Positions 50,617-59,450 of a stretch of 64,000 nt of DNA are shown here, piece by piece (the first letter of the stretch is position 1; every line of letters begins with the position of its first letter). The notes under the pieces were generated by a model. The model saw only the letters and a program-made list of their open reading frames with translations, did no database searches and was not told the origin of the DNA. The stretch is from the NCBI GenBank assembly GCA_023475345.1, contig JAMCWD010000031.1:1585-65584 (forward strand), in the 5' to 3' direction. Origin of the DNA: Chloroflexota bacterium (GTDB lineage Bacteria > Vulcanimicrobiota > JAMCWD01). A program made the position numbers and the translations under genes.

Positions 50617-53250
50617 GTGCTCTTTAGAAAAAAGTTCGCCGACAAAGTGGGGATGGCAGTCCTACTGACCGCCATAATACCGATCCTTATTTTCATATTC
50701 TTCATTTATTTCCAGTCCCGTGCCGCCGCAGATCAGTCTATAACCGCGCTGGGAGACGAACTGACAACGGCGGAGCAGAGCGTTGCCGCGTTCAGGCAGG
50801 AGCTTGACCTGGCCGGTAACGGGCTTGCCGCAGCCCTCCCGGGAATTTCTCCTTTTGACAGGGAGGCGCTTGCAAGGTACCTGGAAAAAGAAAAAAAGCT
50901 GCAGAAGATTTGTTTTTATGACAATAAGGCCGGAATGCTTATCCGGGCGGGCGATGAGAAGTTCAAGCCGGACGAGATGCGCCTCGTATGGAACAGGGCT
51001 TCCGATGAGCTTCTATGGGCCCCGGCAAAATTGAAAGACGGGAAAACTTACATCCAGGTTTCCATCAAGCGAAAACCCGGGTTCAATGCCAAAAAATACC
51101 CGGGGGGCTACTGGGTCGGGGAGCTTGATATTTCAGATCTTATATCGGGGATGCAGTCGGGTCTTAAGGATGTTAAAGGCAACGCCTACCTTGTAAACGC
51201 CGTGGGCGAAGTGATCCTGCCGTTTATTAACCCGGGGACAGGCATTCCCGTGTTCGCATCGGGAGAGCGCATTACCCTTTCCAGGGGCGAGAGTGTAAAG
51301 GTTGAATCGAGCAACGGGAAAACGTTCATGCGCATATTGCTCCCCGTGAAAGGGACGGGGATGTACCTGGTGTATGAGAGGCCCGCTTCTTCATACATAG
51401 CGTCGCTTATCCGCATGGCTGTAACTCCGGCGGTTCTTTTAATAATCGCGTTAATCATAGTCGTCATCCTGGCCTCTGTAATTGCCAGGAACATGGCTGC
51501 TCCCCTGGAGCAGCTTGCAAAGAGCGCGGCCGATATAGCCGCTGGAAATTATGACAGGCAACTGCCGGTAAAAGAAGGCGGGGACGAACTTGATCACCTG
51601 GCGTTTTTGATCGAGAAGATGCGCCAGTCGCTGAAATCCGCATCCGATGAAAACATAGCACTCATGCAGCGCGGCCAGAACCTGCTGGAGATGAGGATAG
51701 GGGAGCTGGAATCGGTACACTCTATTTCGGAAACATTTACGGGCACACTGGACGCCAGGAAGATCCCGCGTCAGGTGACGGGTATAGTCAGAGACCTCTT
51801 CGCGCCCGACCTCCTCACTGTTTATGTAAGGTCGGGAGACGAAGGCTTCATTCTTGCCGATTCCATCGGGCTTTCTCCCACCGATGCCGATAAGGCCAGG
51901 ATATTGTCGATGCCGGGAAGGCGCAATATCCTGTTCCCTCTTATCAACGACAAAAAGCCCCAGTTGATCAACGAGCCTGTAACCAACCTATTTTTGCGCG
52001 AAAGGCTCCCGCTGAGGACGATAATAACTTATTATGCCGTCCCGCTTGTTTCACACAAAGAAACGGTCGGGTTCATGGAAATAGGCATGGGCGAAAACCG
52101 GCAGATCCCTGAAAACCAGCTCAACCTGCTGGCCATGCTCGGCAGGGAGGCCGGGGTCGCAATAGCAAACGCCCGCCTCTACGAAGGCATTGTCGATGAT
52201 AAAGTAAAAATTTCTCTTGTCCTATCCTCAATAGGGGAAGGAGTCTTTACAATAGACGAGCACCAGATTATCCGCTCTTTCAACAGGGCCGCGGAAAGGA
52301 TCATGGAAATAAAAGAGGACGAGGTTGTCGGGCAGTTCTGCTACAAGGTTTTCTCAGGCAAATCCCAGGACGGCAGGATGATATGTGCCAAGGATCTTTG
52401 CCCGGCCTTCAGAACAACACAACCGGAGCCTTTCGAGATGATGGTCAAGACCAGGATGGGGACGGAGAAAGTCCTTCACTGTACGCCTGCTCCTTTCAGG
52501 GGAGAGGGTAGGGGCATGGTTATTATTTTCCGTGACATATCCAGGGACCGCGAAGTTGAGGAGTTGAAATCAAGGTTTATTTCAAGCCTGACTTCCGAAC
52601 TGAAAACTCCGATAACTTCCGTAAGGGGCGCCATTGCAGGTCTCAAACATCCCAGGGCGGCCCAGGACCAGGAAAAGTTAGCCATGTTTGTAAAGACAAT
52701 CGGGGAGGAAACCGAGAGGCTGAACAGAATGCTCGGCGACCTCATGGAAGTCTCCCGGCTTGAATCCGAGTCGCTTACGCCCGAGCCTAAGCCCACCCAC
52801 ATAGAAAAGATCGTAGAAGATATTGTCGCCGTTTTCAGGGCTGAAGACGAACATCACGATTACCGCGTGGTCGTCGATTGTAGCAGCCAGGGCATGGCGG
52901 ACAAGCCCCAGGTTGAATTTGTCGTATCGCATCTCGTGAGAAACGCCGCACACTTTACGCCGTCCGGCGGCACTATAACCCTGGAGGTCAAGGAAGATCC
53001 CCAGGAGATAATTACCAACATCTATGACGAAGGGCCGGGGATAAAAGACCCGGCCAGGAAAGAAATCCTGAACCTGCTGCAGGCGGACAAAAACGACAGG
53101 AAGACGGCCCCGGGGACAGGTATGGGATTATTCCTCGCCCGTAAAATCATCGAGGCTCACGGCGGCAGGATCTGGGCCAGTGTAGGACAGAGCGGCGGAG
53201 CCTGTTTCTCCTTCTCTCTCCCGAAGGCCGGTTTGTTCCGGGGGGTGTAA
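50617..53250 (+). CDS. Sensor histidine-kinase-like protein (TM / extracytoplasmic domain / HAMP / GAF / PAS / DHp / HATPase) with a degenerate H-box
   Basis: GTG start after GGAGG. Two TM helices, HAMP (PLEQLAKSAADIAAGNYDRQLPV…DELDHLAFLIEKM), and intact N, G1 and G2 boxes (HLVRNAAHFTP, DEGPGI, GTGMGLFLARKIIEAHGGRI). The H-box reads FISSLTSELKTPITSV, with Ser where His is expected. Confidence 0.9.
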   Translation: MLFRKKFADKVGMAVLLTAIIPILIFIFFIYFQSRAAADQSITALGDELTTAEQSVAAFRQELDLAGNGLAAALPGISPFDREALARYLEKEKKLQKICFYDNKAGMLIRAGDEKFKPDEMRLVWNRASDELLWAPAKLKDGKTYIQVSIKRKPGFNAKKYPGGYWVGELDISDLISGMQSGLKDVKGNAYLVNAVGEVILPFINPGTGIPVFASGERITLSRGESVKVESSNGKTFMRILLPVKGTGMYLVYERPASSYIASLIRMAVTPAVLLIIALIIVVILASVIARNMAAPLEQLAKSAADIAAGNYDRQLPVKEGGDELDHLAFLIEKMRQSLKSASDENIALMQRGQNLLEMRIGELESVHSISETFTGTLDARKIPRQVTGIVRDLFAPDLLTVYVRSGDEGFILADSIGLSPTDADKARILSMPGRRNILFPLINDKKPQLINEPVTNLFLRERLPLRTIITYYAVPLVSHKETVGFMEIGMGENRQIPENQLNLLAMLGREAGVAIANARLYEGIVDDKVKISLVLSSIGEGVFTIDEHQIIRSFNRAAERIMEIKEDEVVGQFCYKVFSGKSQDGRMICAKDLCPAFRTTQPEPFEMMVKTRMGTEKVLHCTPAPFRGEGRGMVIIFRDISRDREVEELKSRFISSLTSELKTPITSVRGAIAGLKHPRAAQDQEKLAMFVKTIGEETERLNRMLGDLMEVSRLESESLTPEPKPTHIEKIVEDIVAVFRAEDEHHDYRVVVDCSSQGMADKPQVEFVVSHLVRNAAHFTPSGGTITLEVKEDPQEIITNIYDEGPGIKDPARKEILNLLQADKNDRKTAPGTGMGLFLARKIIEAHGGRIWASVGQSGGACFSFSLPKAGLFRGV

Positions 53251-53619
53251 TGGCAGGCGTTATCATGGTGGTTGAAGACGAAAAGACGTTCGGCGAATTT
53301 CTGGCCAGGTACCTGAACATGTTCGGGTATTCCGTCATAATCGCCGGTAACGGCAAGGAAGCCCTTGGATATCCTTGAGGGAAAAAAAGTTGACCTGATA
53401 ATTTCCGATATAAATATGCCCGAGATGGACGGCGTCCAGCTTTACCTGAAATTGAAAGAGCGTGAAGATTTGAAATCGGTTCCCGTCGTTATGCTTACAT
53501 CAAGGGGCGAAATTGAAGATATAAGGTACGCCTCTCTTCTCGGCATGGACAGGTACCTTGCGAAACCGTTCGACCCTGAAGAGTTGAGGAGCATGCTGGA
53601 GGAGATACTGGGACCATGA
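53250..53619 (+). pseudogene. CheY-like single-domain response regulator interrupted by a 1-nt frameshift
   Basis: Frame A (53250-53378) gives MAGVIMVVEDEKTFGEFLARYLNMFGYSVIIAGNGKEALGYP-stop. The next frame (53365-53619) continues (L)DILEGKKVDLIISDINMPEMDG…LTSRG…AKPF. Deleting one base in GCCCTTGGAT (53361-53370) restores an intact 122-aa receiver. Confidence 0.75.
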
Positions 53620-56228
53620 CCCCGATGTTCGATCAGTTTTTCGGGATAAAGAAGCAGAATCCCGATTGTATTCTCTTATTCCGCGTCGGCGATTTTTACG
53701 AGACTTACGGCGAGGACGCCGAAACGGCCGCCAGGGAATTGAACATACTCCTGACATCGAAGGAAGCAGGTAAAAGTAACAAGATCGCGATGGCCGGCGT
53801 CCCTCATCACAGCGTTGCGCCTTACATAAGGACGCTGGTCCAGAAAGGCTTCAAGGTAGCAATATGCGACCAGGTGGAAGATCCCAAAAAAGCAAAGGGC
53901 CTTGTCAAAAGAGAAGTAACGAGGATAATTACACCGGGGACGGTGCTTGACGACGACCTGCTTGACGAGAGCGCCAATAACTTCATAATGGCGATAACGG
54001 TCAGCGAGGAGAAACCCTCCGGCGGTGAGTTTTCACTTGTAGAAGAAAAAAATATTTTCAGCGCCGGGATAGCGGCGGCGGATCTTTCCACCGGCGAGTT
54101 CTATACCACCGCTTTAGTTGTTGAAAGCGCCGTGAGGCTCATGGAAGAAGTCCGCAGGTTCGACCCGTCCGAAATTTTGCTTGTCAACACGGCCGATGAC
54201 ATGGACGGTCTGGCCGGTATCCTGGGGGAAAGGGGAACCCCCGTCCGGAAGCTTTCGCCGCGGGAGCTTCTGTCATGCGAGGATATTATAAAAAAGACGT
54301 TCGGCCTGCCCAGTCTCCTGGGGAATGCCGTATCCAGGGAGCCTGAAGCGATAAGGGCATCCGGCAGCCTTCTATTTTATCTCCGGGAAGTTTTGAAAAA
54401 CAGGGAGCTTTCTTTCGGGCGGCTCTGCACATACACCCCGTCGGAATATATGGTTATCGACGCCACTACCATGAGGAACCTTGAGATTTTCAAGACACAG
54501 CTTACCGCGTCAAGGGAAGGGAGCCTCCTCTGGGCGCTTGACAACACCGATACACCGATGGGGGCGAGGATGCTGAGGCGTTTCCTGGAGCGGCCTTTGA
54601 CATCGATCGACGAGATCAACTCCAGGCTCGATTCCGTCGAGGAGCTGATAAACACATACAACCTGCTCACCCGCCTGAAGGATGAACTGAAGAAGATACG
54701 GGATGTCGAGCGGATCTTTTCCCGCATAGCTTACGGTACGGCCAACGCAAGGGATCTCCGGCAGCTTGCCGATTCTCTCGTCCCGCTCGTGCAGGTGCGC
54801 GAGAGTGCGGACCTCCTTTTATCCCGGCACCTGAAGGGGCTTGCAGGAAATATAGATCCCGTGGAAGACCTGAGGGACCTGCTTCTGAAAGCAGTCGAGG
54901 ACAACCCGCCGGTAACGATAAAAGAAGGCGGGATGTTCAGGAAAGGCTATAACGCGGAGCTTGACGAACTTCGGGAAATTCGCGGCAATGCGAAGCGTGG
55001 CATTGCGGAGATTGAAAAAAAAGAAAAAGAAAGAACCGGGATAAAGTCGCTGAAAATAGGCTTCAACAAAGTGTTCGGCTATTATGTCGAAGTAACCAGG
55101 CCCAACCTCTCGCTTGTTCCCGGCGACTACATCAGGAAGCAGACGACGGTTAACGCCGAGAGGTTCATCTGCCCGGAGTTGAAAGAGTACGAATCGAAAG
55201 TCCTTTCTGCGGACGAAAGGATCAAAGACCTGGAGTACGAGCTTTTCCAGGAGATGAGGGATAAGGTTTCCACGTACAAGGACAGGATCATGGGGACATG
55301 TGAAGCCCTTGCGGAGCTTGATGTTTTATGCGGGTTCGGGAACCTCGCCGTCAGGCACAGGTACGTGCGCCCGCTGCTTACGGGCGACCACATGGTCGAG
55401 ATCAGGGAAGGGCGCCATCCCGTGGTGGAGAGGATGGTGGTTACAGGGTTCGTTCCAAACGATATTTTCATGGACGACGAAACCCGTTATCTGGTGGTTA
55501 CAGGTCCCAACATGTCGGGCAAATCCACATATCTGCGTCAGGCCGCGCTCATCTGCATCATGGCACAGATCGGGAGCTTCGTTCCTGCGGACAGCGCGAC
55601 GCTGGGGATAATGGACAGGGTGTTCACGCGCGTGGGCGCATCGGATGATCTCCACCTGGGCCAGAGTACATTCATGGTGGAGATGCAGGAAACTGCGAAT
55701 ATTATAAACAGCGCGACGCCGCAAAGCCTTGTCATACTTGACGAAGTGGGGAGGGGCACCAGCACTTTTGACGGAATGTCCCTGGCATGGGCCGTAACCG
55801 AATTCATCTGTGAAAAAGTCAGGGCAAAAACCATATTCGCGACGCATTTCCACGAGCTTACCCAGCTTGCAAAACGATATCCCCAGATCAAAAATCTCCG
55901 CGTTACCGTGAGGGAAGAAGGCGGGGACGTGGTATTCCTTCATAAGATGGTGCCGGGCGGCGCAGACCGTTCTTACGGCCTTTACGTGGCAAAGCTCGCC
56001 GGCATCCCGCAGGAGGTTATCGACAGGGCATCCGAGATCCTGGAGAAACTGGAGCAGGAGAAAAAGGTTGGAAAGAAGATCCCAGGGCCTGAGGCAGTCC
56101 AGATGGGCCTGTTCAGGAAAAATGACAGCCCGGTCATTGACGAATTGAAAAAAGTCAACCTGATGGAAATAAGCCCCCTCCAGGCTTTGAACCTTTTGCA
56201 CGAATGGCAAAAGCAGCTCCTGGACTGA
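53616..56228 (+). CDS. mutS: DNA mismatch repair protein MutS
   Basis: MTPMFDQFFGIKKQNPDCILLFRVGDFYETYGEDA, Walker A GPNMSGKSTYLRQ, and DEVGRGTSTFDG. 870 aa. Confidence 0.97.
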   Translation: MTPMFDQFFGIKKQNPDCILLFRVGDFYETYGEDAETAARELNILLTSKEAGKSNKIAMAGVPHHSVAPYIRTLVQKGFKVAICDQVEDPKKAKGLVKREVTRIITPGTVLDDDLLDESANNFIMAITVSEEKPSGGEFSLVEEKNIFSAGIAAADLSTGEFYTTALVVESAVRLMEEVRRFDPSEILLVNTADDMDGLAGILGERGTPVRKLSPRELLSCEDIIKKTFGLPSLLGNAVSREPEAIRASGSLLFYLREVLKNRELSFGRLCTYTPSEYMVIDATTMRNLEIFKTQLTASREGSLLWALDNTDTPMGARMLRRFLERPLTSIDEINSRLDSVEELINTYNLLTRLKDELKKIRDVERIFSRIAYGTANARDLRQLADSLVPLVQVRESADLLLSRHLKGLAGNIDPVEDLRDLLLKAVEDNPPVTIKEGGMFRKGYNAELDELREIRGNAKRGIAEIEKKEKERTGIKSLKIGFNKVFGYYVEVTRPNLSLVPGDYIRKQTTVNAERFICPELKEYESKVLSADERIKDLEYELFQEMRDKVSTYKDRIMGTCEALAELDVLCGFGNLAVRHRYVRPLLTGDHMVEIREGRHPVVERMVVTGFVPNDIFMDDETRYLVVTGPNMSGKSTYLRQAALICIMAQIGSFVPADSATLGIMDRVFTRVGASDDLHLGQSTFMVEMQETANIINSATPQSLVILDEVGRGTSTFDGMSLAWAVTEFICEKVRAKTIFATHFHELTQLAKRYPQIKNLRVTVREEGGDVVFLHKMVPGGADRSYGLYVAKLAGIPQEVIDRASEILEKLEQEKKVGKKIPGPEAVQMGLFRKNDSPVIDELKKVNLMEISPLQALNLLHEWQKQLLD

Positions 56229-57292
56229 TGAGTTATTTGATCCCTTTCATATACGTCATCCTGGCCGCCGTCTTATTCGGTGCAAGCGCGCCGGTGGCAA
56301 AGCTTTTTTTAACCGAAGTAAAGCCGCTGCCGATGGCGGCGTTCCTTTATCTCGGCAGCGGGACAGGGCTTATTATTTTTAAAATTATTTCAAAAATTGC
56401 CGGGCGCAAAAAAAATACGGAAGCAAGTTTAAGGAAAAAGGACATCCCGTTTCTTATCGGCGCAATAGTTGCCGGGGGGATAGCCGGGCCGGTCCTTTTA
56501 ATGATGGGCCTTCGCGTTACCCCCGCCTCTACCGCTTCGCTGCTATTAAATATGGAAGCCGTGGCTACCGCATTAATAGCAGCCGCCCTGTTCCGCGAAG
56601 CGGTGGGACGCCGCGTATGGGCTGCGGTCGGGATTATTACGGCTTCTTCGATAATTCTTACGCTCGATATTAACGGCGGCTGGGGTTTTGCGCCGGGGGC
56701 GCTGGCAATTATCGGCGCCTGTATCCTGTGGGGACTGGATAATAATTTGACCGGTTGTATTTCTTCGCGAGACCCTGTCCAGGTTGTATTGACAAAGGGG
56801 ATATTTGCGGGGACTTTTTCCCTCCTGCTGGCGTTTTGTTTTAAAGACCCGATCCCGTCGGCGTCAGTCGTAGCAGGGATCATGATTTTAGGATTTTTTT
56901 CCTACGGACTGAGTATTGTGTTCTTTGTTTTAGCCATGCGTCATATCGGGGCCGCAAGGGTCGGCGCATTGTTCGGGACGGCTCCTTTCATAGGCGCGAT
57001 CTTATCTTTTATTATTTTCAGAAACACCCCGGACATTTTTTTCTTGATAGCCATGCCGTTTATGGTTATAGGAGCGGTTCTGTTGCTCACGGAAAAACAT
57101 TCGCACAATCATGTTCATACCGCCTGTTTTCACGATCACGGGCACAACCATGACGACAGCCATCATGAACATGAACACCCGGACGAAGATATTCCGATTG
57201 ATAGTTATCACTCCCATTCTCATTCGCATGAAATATTTTCCCATGAACATTCTCATTTGCCGGATCTACACCACCGGCACGAACATGATTAA
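56228..57292 (+). CDS. DMT/EamA-family permease with a His-rich C-terminal tail
   Basis: The ATG overlaps the mutS stop (TGATG). About ten TM helices in two EamA-like halves. The roughly 65-residue tail is HSHNHVHTACFHDHGHNHDDSHHEHEHPDEDIPIDSYHSHSHSHEIFSHEHSHLPDLHHRHEHD. Confidence 0.85.
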   Translation: MSYLIPFIYVILAAVLFGASAPVAKLFLTEVKPLPMAAFLYLGSGTGLIIFKIISKIAGRKKNTEASLRKKDIPFLIGAIVAGGIAGPVLLMMGLRVTPASTASLLLNMEAVATALIAAALFREAVGRRVWAAVGIITASSIILTLDINGGWGFAPGALAIIGACILWGLDNNLTGCISSRDPVQVVLTKGIFAGTFSLLLAFCFKDPIPSASVVAGIMILGFFSYGLSIVFFVLAMRHIGAARVGALFGTAPFIGAILSFIIFRNTPDIFFLIAMPFMVIGAVLLLTEKHSHNHVHTACFHDHGHNHDDSHHEHEHPDEDIPIDSYHSHSHSHEIFSHEHSHLPDLHHRHEHD

Positions 57293-57377
57293 GTTGTCGG
57301 TCTTCCCGGGCCCGTCTCATGCAGGTTATAAAGCCGACGCAGAGAAATAAAGCATATTCTTTAATGCAGGTGATTAT

Positions 57378-57668
57378 ATGAGAATGCTTATGCTTGTCTA
57401 CGAGACCGCCGTCGATCCCGATGTAGTCAAAATTCTTGATGAACTGGGGGTTCCCGGATATACCAAGATGTCAGGCGTAACGGGCATGGGAAAAACGGGC
57501 AGGCGAAACGCGACGCCCGTATGGCCGGGGAGTTGTACTATATGTTATACCGCTGTGCCGGAAGACAAGGTTAAATCTATACTTGAAAGGCTTGAGATAC
57601 TGAAGGCAAGCTACCCGGTAAAGCCGGGGCTGAAAGCCTTCGCCCTGCTTGCGGACGAATTGATTTGA
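57378..57668 (+). CDS. Small PII-like-fold hypothetical protein
   Basis: 96 aa. The pattern MLMLVYETAVDPDVVKILDELGVPGYTKMSGVTGMGKTG resembles beta-alpha-beta PII/CutA-type small proteins. The assignment is tentative. Confidence 0.5.
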   Translation: MRMLMLVYETAVDPDVVKILDELGVPGYTKMSGVTGMGKTGRRNATPVWPGSCTICYTAVPEDKVKSILERLEILKASYPVKPGLKAFALLADELI

Positions 57669-57770
57669 TGTAACGCAGGTCTGTCGGGTATAGTGCCGGT
57701 AAGTTTTAATTCCGCCGGAAGGCCGATCGGATTTATTTAACGGAAGCGTTTTTTAAACCGGGTAACCGAT

Positions 57771-59450
57771 ATGAATTTTGATTCGCTGATAATAAACGCC
57801 CTCACAAATGAGCTTGATGATTTGCTGAGAGATGCCAGGGCTCAAAAAATCAGGCAGACTTCCCCGCTTGTCTTTACAATAAGGTGGCATAAATACGGCA
57901 AGACCATGTATATGCTGGTATCGCTTTTGCCCCAGTTAAGAGCATGTGTTTTTTGCGGCAGGATGGAAGGCACCGGCCTTGACGCAGGCGGCTTCGTAAT
58001 GCTTCTCAGGAAATATATCGAAAACAGCCCCGTGCTTTCGGTTTCATCTTTGCCGGGTGAAAAAATAATCCGGTTCAAATTCCCCGGCGGTATTTCTCTT
58101 GTCATAGAGCTTGCCGGGCCCCGTTGTGATGCCCTGCTGGTGCATGAGGACAGGGTTCTGGGGAGCCTGCGAGGGAGACTTTCACCTCACGATTTGTATT
58201 CGCCTCCTGAGGCAAAGAATAAGATAAACCCGTTTACGGCTGCGCACGGCGATTTGACGGCCGCTTGCCCAGGCAACGATCTCACGCTGGAGGAATGTTT
58301 CCTCAAGGTTTTCTACGGCATATCGAAGGAGCACCTGGCAGTTGTTATGGCCGAGTCGGGACTTGATCCCGAAGGCAGGGCCGGTGAAAAAAATCTTGCA
58401 GTCTTAATTGATGCTGTCGGAAAAGTGGAGGACAGGATCAGGAATAAGGATTACCGGCCGTGCTTATGCGGCAGGTCTTTCTGCCTGTGGCCCCTTCCCG
58501 GTTTTCAAGCCGCCGGGGATAAATGTTACAATTCCGTTTCCGGTATGCTGGAGGAAACTGTCGGCCTGAAATTCGACGAAATAGTTTTGAAAACGCGGAA
58601 GGAAGCGCTTTTAAATACCGTCAACAAGAAAATAGGACAGGCGAAAAGGAAGCTTGAAAAGCAAAATAAAGACTTGGCGTTTGCCGAAAAGTGTGAAGAA
58701 TACAGGCGCCGCGCAGATCTTGTCCTGGCCCATCTCCATCTTGTCAAAAGGGGGATTGAAAAGATAACGCTGCCGGATCTTTTTTCCCAAGACGGTACAA
58801 CTGTCGATATCCCGCTTGACAGGACGAAAAGCCCCCAGGAAAACGCACAACATTATTATTCCCTTTATAAAAAAGGGAAGCGTACTTTCGACGCCCTCAT
58901 GCCGTATTTAAAAGCAACGGAGAAAGATCTCGCACACCTTGAATCCCTGGCGATGCACATCGAGACGGCGGATACCATTGACGATCTGGAGTACAACGAA
59001 GCCGAGCTTGAAAAGCCCTCCGGCAAAAAGCAGAAAGAGGGATCGAAGAAAAAAGATTCGAAACAGCCGGGCTATCGCACATTCGATTTCAAAGGCTACA
59101 GGATCCTTGCAGGCAAAAGCCCCCGTGCAAATACCGAGCTTTCCATGCGGACAGCATCGCCACATGATCTGTGGTTTCATGCCAGGGGGACGGCGGGCGC
59201 GCATGTTATATTAAGGCTCCCTGGCGAAAAGCATGTCGTGCCCGGGGATGTGATCGAGGCGGCGGCAAGCATTGCGGCATATTATTCGAAAGCCAGGAAT
59301 TCGGGCCTTATCGAAGTTGATTATACAAGGGCGGGGAATCTGAAAAAGCCTCCGGGGACGGCACCAGGCTATGTTACTTATCACGGGGAAAAAACGGCAA
59401 GGGTGCCGCCGGCTCTGCCGGGCACGGAAAAAGATCAGGCCATGCCGTAA
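57771..59450 (+). CDS. rqcH: NFACT-family ribosome quality control protein (RqcH / FbpA-like)
   Basis: MNFDSLIINALTNELDDLL NFACT-N start, central coiled coil, and C-terminal NFACT-R/DUF814 (DLWFHARGTAGAHVILR…YYSKARNSG…VDYT). 559 aa. Confidence 0.85.
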   Translation: MNFDSLIINALTNELDDLLRDARAQKIRQTSPLVFTIRWHKYGKTMYMLVSLLPQLRACVFCGRMEGTGLDAGGFVMLLRKYIENSPVLSVSSLPGEKIIRFKFPGGISLVIELAGPRCDALLVHEDRVLGSLRGRLSPHDLYSPPEAKNKINPFTAAHGDLTAACPGNDLTLEECFLKVFYGISKEHLAVVMAESGLDPEGRAGEKNLAVLIDAVGKVEDRIRNKDYRPCLCGRSFCLWPLPGFQAAGDKCYNSVSGMLEETVGLKFDEIVLKTRKEALLNTVNKKIGQAKRKLEKQNKDLAFAEKCEEYRRRADLVLAHLHLVKRGIEKITLPDLFSQDGTTVDIPLDRTKSPQENAQHYYSLYKKGKRTFDALMPYLKATEKDLAHLESLAMHIETADTIDDLEYNEAELEKPSGKKQKEGSKKKDSKQPGYRTFDFKGYRILAGKSPRANTELSMRTASPHDLWFHARGTAGAHVILRLPGEKHVVPGDVIEAAASIAAYYSKARNSGLIEVDYTRAGNLKKPPGTAPGYVTYHGEKTARVPPALPGTEKDQAMP

